Shown: in pieces, positions 28,334-38,097 of the stretch
Numbering within the stretch: the first letter of the stretch is position 1
Layout of the letters: each line of letters starts with the position of its first letter
Assembly (NCBI GenBank): GCA_963704885.1
Contig: CAVPIB010000001.1
Coordinates: 608,001 to 672,000 of the forward strand
From: an uncultured Actinomycetes bacterium
GTDB taxonomy: Bacteria > Actinomycetota > UBA4738 > HRBIN12
DNA length: 64,000 bases
Reading direction: 5' to 3'
Translations under genes and position numbers: made by a program
The notes under the pieces: model-generated
What the model was told of the DNA's origin: nothing
The model's database searches: none
Seen by the model: only the letters and a program-made list of their open reading frames with translations

Positions 28334-30991
28334 GTGGCGGACCAGAGAACCGAAGGCCTCGATCGAGCGCTCGCCGAGGCGCCCGATCCCGAGCTGGCCC
28401 GGGTGGCCGTCTCCCGCGTGAGCGACGATCCTGTCGCCCACGAGCAGCTCTTCAGGCCCGACGTGCTCAACGTCGCCGTTCGGCTTCTCGGTTTCTCGAC
28501 CGCCGCGGCCGACCTCCTGGTCCGGCATCCGGAAGAGGTCGTTGAGCTCGCCGACATCCGGCCGCGGGACCGAGCGGAACTGGACGCCGAGCTCCGAGAG
28601 GCCGTCGCCGTCCTAGGGCTGCAGGACGGGCTCCGCGTGTTCCGCCGACGAGCCATGCTGCGCGTCGCCGCGCGCGACCTCCAGGGCGGCGCGCTGGAGG
28701 ATGTCGTCACCGAGATCTCGGAGGTCGCCGAGGGCTGCCTGCAGGAAGCATGCGCCCGGGCCGCGGGCGATACCCGCCTCACCGTGATCGGCCTGGGGAA
28801 GTTGGGCGGGGGCGAGCTCAACTACGCCAGCGACGTGGACCTGATCTTCCTGCATGCGGACGCGGGACCCGACGCGCAGGACGCCGCCGAACACGCGGCG
28901 GCCGAGCTGATCCGCACGCTGGCGGAGCCCACCGGCGAAGGGATCGCGCTCCGAGTGGACCCCACCCTTCGCCCCGGTGGCCGGAGCGGCGTGCTGTCGC
29001 GCAGCCTGGAGGCGACCCTCGAGTACTACGAGCACCAGTCGGCCACCTGGGAACGGCAGGCCATGATCAAGGCGCGTCCGGTCGCCGGAGACCCGTGGAT
29101 CGGCTCGGCGTTCGTGCAGGGGGTGGTGCCGTTCGTCTATCCGGTGGAGCTCGCTCCGCGCGCTATCGACGACGTCCGCCGCACGAAGGTTCGGCTCGAG
29201 GAGTACATCCGCCGCCGGGGCAAGGAGCTAACAGAGGTGAAGCGCGGCCGCGGCGGCATCCGCGATGTGGAGTTCGCGGTGCAGCTGCTTCAGATCGTCC
29301 ACGGACGCCGCGATCCTCGCCTGCGCGAGCCCAACACGCTCCGTGCGCTCGCGACGCTCGCCGACGAGGGGTACGTGGCGCAGCCGGACGCCGAGGCGCT
29401 CGCCGACGCCTACAGGTTCCTGCGGACCCTGGAGCACAGGCTTCAGATCGTCCGCGATCTGCAGACGCACGACCTGCCGGCGGACCCGCACGCACGCACC
29501 ACGTTGGCGCGCTCACTCGGCTTCGGTGACGCAGGCGAGCTCCAGCGGACCTACGAGAAGCAGACCGGGTTGGTCCGCGGGATCCACGAGCGCCTGTTCT
29601 ACCGGCCTCTGCTGGAGGCGTTCGCGGGACCGGTGGCGCCCAGTCCAGGCGTGGATCGGCCTGCTACCGAGGAGCTGCTCTCCGGGCTCGGGTTCGCCTC
29701 GCCGTCGTCGTCGTTCGAAGTACTGCGCGGTCTGGTGGATCCGGCGACCCGGATGGGCAAGGTGCTGGCACACGTGTTCCCCGTGATGGTTCCGGCCCTC
29801 GCCCAGGTGGCCAACCCGGACCAAGCGCTCGTTCGGCTGGAGCGGATCGCTCAGGCAGTCGGAGATCGGCACGGGCCGGCCGATACGCTGGCTGCGGATC
29901 CGAAAGCCGCGCAACGCCTCGCGCATCTGGCGGCCGCAAGCGCCTTCGCGACCGACCTTCTGGTCACCAAGCCGGAACGCTTGACGGCACTCGCCGATCG
30001 CGGCCGGGTCGTCGATACGCAGGCCGCTCTGGTCTCGGCCGTCGGTCGTTACGCCTCTCGCGAGCTCCAGCCTCGCGAGACCGGCGCGGCGCTCGCCGAC
30101 GTGGCAGACCGAGCGGTGCGCGAGGCCACCGACGCCGCCGAGCCCGATCTGCCCTTCGCCGTGATCGGCATGGGCAAGCTTGGCGCGCGCGAGCTGAACA
30201 TGGCGTCGGATCTCGACGTGATGTTCGTCTACGAGGGCGAGGGTCCAGACGACGTGCGGCGAGCCGTGAACGTGGGGGAGCGCGTGATGCGAGGTATCCG
30301 GGACGCCGGGTGGGAGCCCGACGCCGACCTCCGCCCCGAGGGCCGCAACGGTCCGCTCGCCCGATCGCTCGCCGGGTATCTGGAGTATTGGGAGCGGTAC
30401 GCGGAGCTATGGGAGTTCCAGTCGCTCCTGCGCGCGCGTCACGTGGCGGGCGACGAGCAACTCGGCCGACGGTTCGTGATGAACGCCGGCGACTTCGCGT
30501 ATCCGCCCGACGGCATCACGGTGGATCGTGTCGGTGACATCCGACGCATGCGCGAACGGATAGAGCGCGAACGCGTGAAGCCTCCCGAGGCGGCGAAGTT
30601 CCACTTCAAGCTCGGGTACGGATCGCTCGCCGACGTGCAGTTCGCCGTGGAGGTGTCGCTGATGCGTTCCGGTGGCGCGCTTCCGGAGCTCCGTACCAAT
30701 CGCACGCTGGAGGCGATCGAGCGCCTGGCGGAGCATCACCTGTTGGAGCAGAGCGTGGCCCGCGACCTAGGTGAGGCGTTCGTCTTCCTGTCGGACGTCA
30801 AGAACGCGCTAGAGGTCGATCGTCGGCTGCACGCCGAAGCTCTACCACCCGCCCCCGAAGATCAAGACGCGCTGGCGCGCCGGCTGGGATATCAGGAATA
30901 CCCGCGTCAGAGTTTCATCGACGACTACCTACGCATCACGCGTCGATGTCGGCGTGCGATGGAGCGCGTCTTCCACGAAGAAGCGTCGTGA
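28334..30991 (+). CDS. glnE: Glutamine synthetase adenylyltransferase
   Basis: Two NTase domains GKLGGGELNYASDVDL and GKLGARELNMASDLDV; WERQAMIKAR; DLRPEG. Confidence 0.95.
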   Translation: MADQRTEGLDRALAEAPDPELARVAVSRVSDDPVAHEQLFRPDVLNVAVRLLGFSTAAADLLVRHPEEVVELADIRPRDRAELDAELREAVAVLGLQDGLRVFRRRAMLRVAARDLQGGALEDVVTEISEVAEGCLQEACARAAGDTRLTVIGLGKLGGGELNYASDVDLIFLHADAGPDAQDAAEHAAAELIRTLAEPTGEGIALRVDPTLRPGGRSGVLSRSLEATLEYYEHQSATWERQAMIKARPVAGDPWIGSAFVQGVVPFVYPVELAPRAIDDVRRTKVRLEEYIRRRGKELTEVKRGRGGIRDVEFAVQLLQIVHGRRDPRLREPNTLRALATLADEGYVAQPDAEALADAYRFLRTLEHRLQIVRDLQTHDLPADPHARTTLARSLGFGDAGELQRTYEKQTGLVRGIHERLFYRPLLEAFAGPVAPSPGVDRPATEELLSGLGFASPSSSFEVLRGLVDPATRMGKVLAHVFPVMVPALAQVANPDQALVRLERIAQAVGDRHGPADTLAADPKAAQRLAHLAAASAFATDLLVTKPERLTALADRGRVVDTQAALVSAVGRYASRELQPRETGAALADVADRAVREATDAAEPDLPFAVIGMGKLGARELNMASDLDVMFVYEGEGPDDVRRAVNVGERVMRGIRDAGWEPDADLRPEGRNGPLARSLAGYLEYWERYAELWEFQSLLRARHVAGDEQLGRRFVMNAGDFAYPPDGITVDRVGDIRRMRERIERERVKPPEAAKFHFKLGYGSLADVQFAVEVSLMRSGGALPELRTNRTLEAIERLAEHHLLEQSVARDLGEAFVFLSDVKNALEVDRRLHAEALPPAPEDQDALARRLGYQEYPRQSFIDDYLRITRRCRRAMERVFHEEAS

Positions 30992-30999
30992 CCATCCGC

Positions 31000-31896
31000 C
31001 TACAGCTGATCGATCGGGTGGATATCCGCTCGCGGGCCGTACGCCGGCGCTTTGACGTGGCCGGCCTCCAGCAGGCGCTGCACTCGGCCGCGATGTCCGC
31101 TGTACGGCTCCAACAGCTCCAACATCCGCTCGTCGGTGCCGCGGGGTTCGCCGGCCAACGCCCAACAGACCACGTCCGGCAGGTGGTAGTCGCCCACGGA
31201 GACGGCGTCCGCGTCGCCGAGCGCCAGCCTGGAGACCTCCGCCACGGTCCACGGACCCACGCCGGGGATCTGCGAGAGCCGGCCCTTGGCCAACTCGAGC
31301 GGTAGCGCCGCGGCGGCCTCGAGCCGCGGCGCTCCGGCGCACGCGGCTCGGACCGTCTCGGCTCGCCGTTGTTCAACGCCCCACGGGTGGAACGCGAAGT
31401 ACGGCGTCTCGGCCATGAGTTCAGGTTCGGGTGGAAGATGAAGGCCGCTCTCTCCGGGAGCGGGGCCGCTCGTGGCAAGGACCATCGCGCGGTAGGCCCG
31501 GCGCGCCTCAACGCCGGTCACCTTCTGCTCCAAGATCGTGGGGATCAAGACCTGCATGACGCCCATCGATCGCGTGATGCGGACCCCGCGGTGGTTGCGC
31601 CAAAGCTCGGCGATCACGTCGTGCTGCGGCTCGAACCCCTCGGCCGTGTCGCGGGCGCCGATCAGGCCGGGCGCGGTGTCGAGCGCCCAGTCCGCTCCCG
31701 GTCCCCACGCTTCGGCCTGGACGTCGTAGCCGAACGAGCGAACGTGAAGTGTGGCCGGGCCGTCGGGGGTGCGCATGGCTCGCCAGGCCTCGCCCTGACC
31801 GACCCGCATCGTCGGGTCCCCGGCGCCACGACAAAGGGGGAAGAGGGTGCCGGCCAGATCGATCGGGAAGGAAGTCGCGATCATCCTTAGCGGCAC
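31000..31896 (-). CDS. AlkA-like (HhH-GPD) DNA-3-methyladenine glycosylase family protein
   Basis: ILEQKVTG, IPGVGPWT helix-hairpin-helix, AVSVGDYH. Confidence 0.85.
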   Translation of the reverse strand: MPLRMIATSFPIDLAGTLFPLCRGAGDPTMRVGQGEAWRAMRTPDGPATLHVRSFGYDVQAEAWGPGADWALDTAPGLIGARDTAEGFEPQHDVIAELWRNHRGVRITRSMGVMQVLIPTILEQKVTGVEARRAYRAMVLATSGPAPGESGLHLPPEPELMAETPYFAFHPWGVEQRRAETVRAACAGAPRLEAAAALPLELAKGRLSQIPGVGPWTVAEVSRLALGDADAVSVGDYHLPDVVCWALAGEPRGTDERMLELLEPYSGHRGRVQRLLEAGHVKAPAYGPRADIHPIDQL

Positions 31897-31975
31897 TACA
31901 CACAGACTAGCCCGCAGCCAGGCGGGTCCCGGCTACTCACGGCAGATAGTGCGACAAGTTCGGTGGCGCCCAGGC

Positions 31976-33439
31976 TCAGACGGTCTTCGCGTATGCGGGC
32001 GGCACGCGGTGACGGGTCGCGCCTTCGAACGCGAACGCGAGCTCGATCAATCCGCTCTCGGACCACGCCGGGCCCACGAACGACAGCCCGACCGGCAACC
32101 CGGAGATGAACCCCATGGGGACGGTGATGCTCGGGTAGCCCGAGACCGCGGCCGGCGAGGTGTTGCCACCCACGTAGTGGTCGCCCAACACGTGGTCGAT
32201 CAGCCAGGCGGGCGATCCCGACGGCGCGACGACGGCGTCGAGCCGGTGTTCACCCAGCACGACGTCTAGGCCCTCGTCGCGGGACAGGCGCCGGCACGTG
32301 GCGAGCAGCTCGAGGTATCCGGGGTCGGTCAGCGGCCCCTTCTCCTGGGCCTCCTCGAAGATGTTCTGGCCGAAGAGAACCATCGCCTCCTCGTCGGCGT
32401 GTGACGTGTTGAACTCGATCAGCTCGGCGAGCATGCGCGGGACATCGCCGCCGACGGTCGCCAGGTACGCCTCGACATCCGCCTTGAACTCGTACTTCAG
32501 AACCTCCCATTCGGGTTCCTGGAGCTCAGCGCGTGTGGCACGTCCGCGGGGTCCACCAGCTCGGCTCCCTGCGTGCGCAATGACGGCGAGCGCGTCCTCG
32601 AACACCGCGTCCACCGGAGCGTGGAAGCCGGCCATGTTGCGCGCCACGCCGATCCTGGCCCCCCGCAGAGCGTCCGGGTCCAGCCGGAACGAGACCTCGG
32701 TCTCAGACATCGCGGCGAGCAGTGTTGCCGCGTCGGCGACCGTCCGCGCCATGGGACCGGCAGTGTCCTGGGTGTGCGAGATCGGCACGATACCCGACCC
32801 TCTGATCAGCCCGACCGTCGGCTTGATGCCCACGATGCCGTTGATCGATGCGGGGCAGATGACCGAGCCGTCGGTCTCGGTTCCGACCGCGACGGCACAC
32901 AGGTTGGCGGCGACGGCGACTCCCGAGCCCGAGCTGGAACCGCACGGACTCCGGTCGAGCGCGTACGGGTTGCGGCACTGACCGCCCCGCGCACTCCAGC
33001 CGCTGGAAGCGCGGGTGGAGCGGAAGTTGGCCCATTCGGACAGGTTCGACTTGCCGAGCAGCAACGCCCCGGCGTCGCGGAGTCGCGTGATCACGGGTGC
33101 GTCCTGAACGGGGCGCGAGTCGAGGAGCGCGAAGGAGCCGGCGGTCGTCTTCATGCCGTCCGCGGTGTCGATGTTGTCCTTCACCAGGATCGGGATGCCG
33201 TGCAGCGGGCCGCGAACACGTCCCTCAGCACGCTCGTTGTCGAGTTCGTCGGCGATCTGCAGCGCGTCGGGGTTCACCTCCATGACCGAACGCAGCTCGG
33301 GGCCACCGCTGTCGACCGCCTCGATCCGCGCGAGGTACGCCTCGGTCAGCTCGCGCGCCGTGACTTCACCCGAGCCGAGCTTCGACGAGAGGTCGGCCAG
33401 GGTGGCCTCTTCGAACGCGAACGGCGGCACGGTGTCCAT
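31976..33439 (-). CDS. Amidase-signature family enzyme
   Basis: GPLHGIPILVKDN, GSSSGS, GTETDGSVICP. Confidence 0.93.
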   Translation of the reverse strand: MDTVPPFAFEEATLADLSSKLGSGEVTARELTEAYLARIEAVDSGGPELRSVMEVNPDALQIADELDNERAEGRVRGPLHGIPILVKDNIDTADGMKTTAGSFALLDSRPVQDAPVITRLRDAGALLLGKSNLSEWANFRSTRASSGWSARGGQCRNPYALDRSPCGSSSGSGVAVAANLCAVAVGTETDGSVICPASINGIVGIKPTVGLIRGSGIVPISHTQDTAGPMARTVADAATLLAAMSETEVSFRLDPDALRGARIGVARNMAGFHAPVDAVFEDALAVIAHAGSRAGGPRGRATRAELQEPEWEVLKYEFKADVEAYLATVGGDVPRMLAELIEFNTSHADEEAMVLFGQNIFEEAQEKGPLTDPGYLELLATCRRLSRDEGLDVVLGEHRLDAVVAPSGSPAWLIDHVLGDHYVGGNTSPAAVSGYPSITVPMGFISGLPVGLSFVGPAWSESGLIELAFAFEGATRHRVPPAYAKTV

Positions 33440-33457
33440 CGCGCGAACGCTAACCCA

Positions 33458-33700
33458 TCAAGGTTCCGTGCCGTCTCGCACGACGCTGCGCGCCAGCTCG
33501 CGGGCCTCAACCAAGCGCTCGCGGTCCACGAACAGCTCGACGCCGTGTTGCCAGATCCGGCTGAGCGGTCCCGGTTCTTTGGACCACCACACGATGCCGT
33601 GGGTATCGAGTTGCTGGGCGATCAGATCCGCGTGAGGTGCCAGGAACTCACCGAGATGAACGGTCCGAACGTTCGGTGGAACCTGAGGGAGTCCTGGCAT
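33458..33700 (-). CDS. Small hypothetical protein (DUF2007-like)
   Basis: ADLIAQQLDTHGI...VELFV...ARELA pattern; leaderless TACGAT-N6-ATG. Confidence 0.6.
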   Translation of the reverse strand: MPGLPQVPPNVRTVHLGEFLAPHADLIAQQLDTHGIVWWSKEPGPLSRIWQHGVELFVDRERLVEARELARSVVRDGTEP

Positions 33701-33729
33701 CGGTCGATCGTACCGACATCGGTGTGTCG

Positions 33730-34107
33730 CTACTTCGAAACGAGCTGTTGGATCCGCTGATACGAGAGATCGAGAAGTTCCGACGCGTCTCGGAGCGATA
33801 TCCCCAATCCCTCGGTGAGGCCCTTCGCGGCTTGGGCGGTGGCCTGGTGCGCCTCGAGCTGGGCACGGGCACTCCGCTCCCTGGCAGATCGAGCCCGCTT
33901 AACCTCTATCCGGACGTCTGAGGGAAGCCGGATGCGGAATCCCAGCTCCGCGTCCTCAGCATCGGACACCCACAGGGCCAGCGCCTCGCGGATCCTTCGC
34001 CGAGCCTGTTCGAGCGTGCGGCCGTACGTGTGGCATCCGGGAACATCCGGCACCCTGGCGAGCCATGCCCCGGACTCATCCCTACTGATGTCGACCCTGT
34101 ATGTCAT
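33730..34107 (-). CDS. hicB: HicB-family antitoxin
   Basis: WLARVPDVPGCHTYGRTLEQARRRIREAL; C-terminal HTH ISLRDASELLDLSYQRIQQL. Confidence 0.9.
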   Translation of the reverse strand: MTYRVDISRDESGAWLARVPDVPGCHTYGRTLEQARRRIREALALWVSDAEDAELGFRIRLPSDVRIEVKRARSARERSARAQLEAHQATAQAAKGLTEGLGISLRDASELLDLSYQRIQQLVSK

Positions 34108-34192
34108 CGCAACCACTTCCGTGTGAACCACTCCCGCGGACCTCCTGGCAGCCGAGCTGACGGAGCAGCTTGAGAACGTGCCTTCCGGTCAT
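34104..34192 (-). pseudogene. hicA: Internally deleted hicA toxin
   Basis: MTGRHVLKLLRQLGCQEVRGSGSH followed out of frame by KWLR-TGA overlapping the hicB ATG; only 89 bp. Confidence 0.75.
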
Positions 34193-34214
34193 GATGGCAA
34201 ATCCCTATAGGAAC

Positions 34215-34232
34215 TGTCTATATCACTAGACA
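34215..34232. promoter_or_regulatory. Palindrome TGTCTA-N6-TAGACA, probable HicB operator
   Basis: Inverted repeat just upstream of the hicA remnant. Confidence 0.55.
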
Positions 34233-34349
34233 CTCATGCTTTAGGGAGAGGTCGACGATAGCGGCCGGGTCTGACATGTCCGCTCCCGCGAGAGGTCTCG
34301 TCGCCGGATGGATCGCGGGTCGGCGGAACACCCCTTCTTGGCTCGGGGT

Positions 34350-34380
34350 GTAAACGATCCGGGGCCCTTCAGACTCTGTA
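34350..34380 (+). promoter_or_regulatory. Putative ECF-dependent promoter GTAAAC-N18-CTCTGTA
   Basis: Same motif and spacing at 36042-36072; 8 nt before ATG 34389. Confidence 0.65.
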
Positions 34381-34388
34381 CGCGCAAG

Positions 34389-34946
34389 ATGGCGATGAGC
34401 GAGCCTAGAGTGCGCGATGTGGAGCACCTCCGGCGGTCGCGCAACGTGCGGTCTTCAGAGGCCGACCCATCGCAGGCCGCCGCCCATGACCTGGAGGAGC
34501 TGTTCCGCAACGCCGGGCCGGAGCTATGGCGGGCGATCTACGGCTTCACCGGCGGTCGCCGGCAGCTGGCCGAGGACGCCGTCGCCGAGGCGTTCGCTCG
34601 CGCTATCGAGCATGCCGACGGGATCCGCGAGCCGCTCGCGTGGATCTATCGCACCGCGTTTCGTCTGGCGAGCCGTGAGCTCCAACGCGAGAAGCGTCTG
34701 CCGCCGCAGCTGCCCGACCCGGCACCGGGGATCGACCCGTTCGATGTGCAAGAGATCCTGAAAGCTCTCGCCACGCTGTCACCCAACCAGCGCGCGGCCG
34801 TGCTGTTGCACGACGAGGAGGGATTCACCGGTCCCGAGGTGGGACGGCTCCTTGGGATGTCGGCCGCAACCGTTCGCGTCCATCTCTTCCGCGGACGCAA
34901 GCGTCTGCGAACGCTGTTGGGCACCGAGGAGGATTCTGATGGATGA
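34389..34946 (+). CDS. ECF sigma-70 factor (cassette 4)
   Basis: AEDAVAEAF, LSPNQRAAVLL...EVGRLLGMSAATVRVHLFRGR. Confidence 0.9.
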   Translation: MAMSEPRVRDVEHLRRSRNVRSSEADPSQAAAHDLEELFRNAGPELWRAIYGFTGGRRQLAEDAVAEAFARAIEHADGIREPLAWIYRTAFRLASRELQREKRLPPQLPDPAPGIDPFDVQEILKALATLSPNQRAAVLLHDEEGFTGPEVGRLLGMSAATVRVHLFRGRKRLRTLLGTEEDSDG

Positions 34947-35958
34947 CCGCTACCGCAAAGAGCTGACCAAGCTCCATCACGCCGAGCTCCCCCCCGACCT
35001 ATGGGATCGCGTGCAGGAGGGTCCACGCATGGCGCCCCTCGGCCCTCCCAACCGCTCGCGCGTGACGGCCGCCGTGGTCGCGTTCGCGACCTTCGGCCTG
35101 GCGGCGTTCTTCGTGTGGCAGGCGTTCAGCGAGACGCCCGCCTCTCAGCCCGCCGACTCGAGCGTGCTGGCCGTTCCGCCACGCGGAGAGACATCGGCCG
35201 TCTTCTTGGATGACGGTCGGCCGGTGTTCGTGGTCCATCACCTTGACGGGACCGTGTCGGTCGTCGACGGGTTCTCGAGCCACCGCGCCTGGGGTGTCGA
35301 GGAGTTGACCGTGTGGTGCCCGTCGACGCGTGAGTTCGTCGAGGCGGCACACGAGGCGCGCTTCGATGAATACGGGGGGTTCGCGTCGCCTCCCGCTCCC
35401 GGCGGCGTTGCGACCTTCGCGTTCCAGGTCGCGGGGACCGATCCTGTCGGTGACCCCAACTTGATCGTGGTCGGCGAGATGAGCGACGGCACGCTCGGTG
35501 GCGGGAACTCGGGTCCTGACCGGCCGCCTCTCTGCCCTTCGGGTGGCGTGGTCGGCGATGCCCATCTGATCGAGGTCACCGGCGGTAACTCGGGTGAGAC
35601 TGGCACGGTCTTGGGGCACTCGCTGAGGGGCCGTCAGGTCTGGAGCTCACCGGTCGAGGCCGTTGCTGCCGCCCCGACCGGATGGGTCGCCATCCAAGGA
35701 ACGATGCTGGTTGGTTCCGACGGCTTCGTGCAACTCTGCACGAAGGTCGTCGACGCTGCGTGCGAGGGAGGCGTAGTGGTCCAAGGGATCGACGGCATCG
35801 GCCTCTACCTCAACGTAACCAGGTTCGACTGGGTCTCCGGATATGAGGAGCCTCAGGTGTGGCTGGTGCAGATCCACGACGGCGTGATCGACGACCCGGC
35901 GGGCTTCAGCGGCATGCTCGATACGTGGCCCGACCAGGCGTCCCCGACCGGTCCATGA
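34939..35958 (+). CDS. Membrane-anchored putative anti-sigma with degenerate Rieske-like domain
   Basis: Overlaps sigma; LPPDLWDRV; TM; GRPVFVVHH...FSSH...WCPSTREFVEAAHEARFDEYG...PAP. Confidence 0.65.
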   Translation: MDDRYRKELTKLHHAELPPDLWDRVQEGPRMAPLGPPNRSRVTAAVVAFATFGLAAFFVWQAFSETPASQPADSSVLAVPPRGETSAVFLDDGRPVFVVHHLDGTVSVVDGFSSHRAWGVEELTVWCPSTREFVEAAHEARFDEYGGFASPPAPGGVATFAFQVAGTDPVGDPNLIVVGEMSDGTLGGGNSGPDRPPLCPSGGVVGDAHLIEVTGGNSGETGTVLGHSLRGRQVWSSPVEAVAAAPTGWVAIQGTMLVGSDGFVQLCTKVVDAACEGGVVVQGIDGIGLYLNVTRFDWVSGYEEPQVWLVQIHDGVIDDPAGFSGMLDTWPDQASPTGP

Positions 35959-36041
35959 CCGCATCCGACGTTCGGTACGGACGGCTTCCTGATACCTCTA
36001 CGCCCTCGCCCCATCGGTTAGCAACGTCTTGTAGTCCGGAG

Positions 36042-36072
36042 GTAAACGGAACGGGGCGCGGAAAGCTCTGTA
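36042..36072 (+). promoter_or_regulatory. Second copy of putative ECF promoter GTAAAC-N18-CTCTGTA
   Basis: 7 nt before ATG 36080. Confidence 0.65.
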
Positions 36073-36079
36073 GACGCGG

Positions 36080-38039
36080 ATGAAGCGCATCGATCGACTC
36101 CTACTCGTGATCCTGCTCGCGACGGCCGCATGTACGGCCGCTGCGACGACGCCGCCGACGCCCATACCCGCACCGGACCCGAGAGGCCGACGGTGGCTGT
36201 GCTCTCAGTTCGCCGGAAGAGGCCGCTGCGTTCGGCTCACCCGATGACCCGTACCGAGACGAGGTCCTCGCCTGGCCGACCGGCGACCCGGAGGCGGAGG
36301 GACTCGACCCCGCGCTCCTGGCACAGATAGAAGAGGACGTCGGCCTGTCGAGCACGATCCGCAGTTTCCTCGTCGTCAGGAACGGCACGTTGGTCACGGA
36401 GCGGTACTTCCACGATGGTGGAGGAGACAAGGCGTTCAACGTCCACTCTGTGTCCAAGAGCCTGTTGAGCCTGATCGTCGGTGCGGCCCTGGAAGACGGA
36501 GCGATACCCGATCTCGATACACCGATCGCCGAGCTGCTTCCCGCCAACCTCGCGTCGGAACCGGGCGTCGACGGACTGACCGTGCGCCTCCTCCTCGAGA
36601 TGTCGGGTGGGCTCGACCTTGACGATGCCGCGTCGATCGATCAGATCACAGGCCCTTCTCATGCTCGGTCCGTGCTCCGTCAGACCCGTATCTCCGAGCC
36701 TGGCGTCGAGTTCTCCTACAACACGGGGATGAGCCACGTGCTCGCCGTGGCGACGGCGAATGCCGTCGGGTCGCCGCTCTGCGACTACGCCCAGGAGCGG
36801 CTCTTCGATCCCATGGGGATCACGGTGGATCACTGGCACAGCGACCCGGAGGGCTACTTCACGGGCGGCACGTCGATGTTCTTCACGCCGCGCGAGTTGG
36901 CGAGGGTCGGGCAGTTCACCCTGCAACGAGGGCAGTGGGATGGCCAGCAGATCCTGCCGTCGAGCTGGATCGACGAGATCACGACCGAGGCGTGGGACCT
37001 GGGTTGTCGGCCGCCGGATCGACCGGGGTACGGCTACCTGTGGTGGTTGAACGACGTCGCCGGCTTCGACATGTGGGCGGCCCTGGGGTTCGGAGGCCAG
37101 TCGATCGCCATCATCCCCGAGCTCGACCTCGTCGTCGTGATGACGCAGAAGAGCGAGGGTTGGCCCGTCGAACAGGATGTCGTTCGCCCGAACGGGGTCA
37201 TGCGCCGGATGATCGGCGCGGTAACGGATCGGCCGGTGGACGCGACGACCAGCGCCTGTCCGGCGGGCGACGTCTACCGCGCACGGGCCGATGGTTCGGA
37301 CCCGGTTCGACTCACCGATCAGGCGCCGATCGACATCGCCTACTCCTGGTCTCCCGACGGCGAGCGGATCGCGTTCCTCTCCGAGCGGAACCTGAACCCC
37401 GAGATCTACACGATGGCGGCCGATGGCTCCGACGTCCAAAGGCTGACTCGTGACTTCGACGTCGACCTGTTCCCGGCGTGGTCGCCGGACGAGGGCGAGA
37501 TCGCCTTCGCTTCAGATCGAGGGGGGACGTTCGACATATACGTGATGGCCGTGGACGGCTCGGGCCAGAGGGCGCTCACGGACTTCCCGAGAGACGAGAT
37601 ACATCCGACCTGGTCGCCCGATGGCACCAGGATCGCCTTCATCCGCAGCGAGGTCCCGCCGGGAGGCTACGGACCGCTCTGGGTGATGGATGCCGACGGA
37701 TCACACGCGAGGCTTCTGCTGAAGGACCCGCTGGTGGAGTTCCCGGCCTGGTCTCCCGACGGCACCCAGATCGCGTTCGGCATGTCGGGCAGCGGCGGAT
37801 CGCACATCGGGGTCCTCGATCTTCGAACGGGCGACGTGTCCGATCTAGGCCCTGGCACGTTGCCGCGTTGGTCTCCCCACGGGAAGCGCCTAGTCGTTTC
37901 GACCACCGACTACTCCGAGGTCGAGATCGTCACGATCGCGGACGGGTCGCGCACGACGATCCTCGCCGGCTCCGCTCCGGTGTGGTCTCCCGACGGCTCG
38001 TGGATCGCATACTCAGCAACCGAGGACTCGGCCGCCTAG
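36080..38039 (+). CDS. Lipoprotein: serine hydrolase fused to TolB/PD40 propeller, frameshift near 36180
   Basis: Signal MKRIDRLLLVILLATAAC in one frame; WPTGDPEAEGLD, HSVSKS, FSYNT, YGYLWW, GFGGQ and WSPDG repeats in another. Confidence 0.8.
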
Positions 38040-38097
38040 CACTCCCGGACATTCGTTCCACAGCGCCTTGACATCAGGCAGGTATCTCCGCTTTCGG

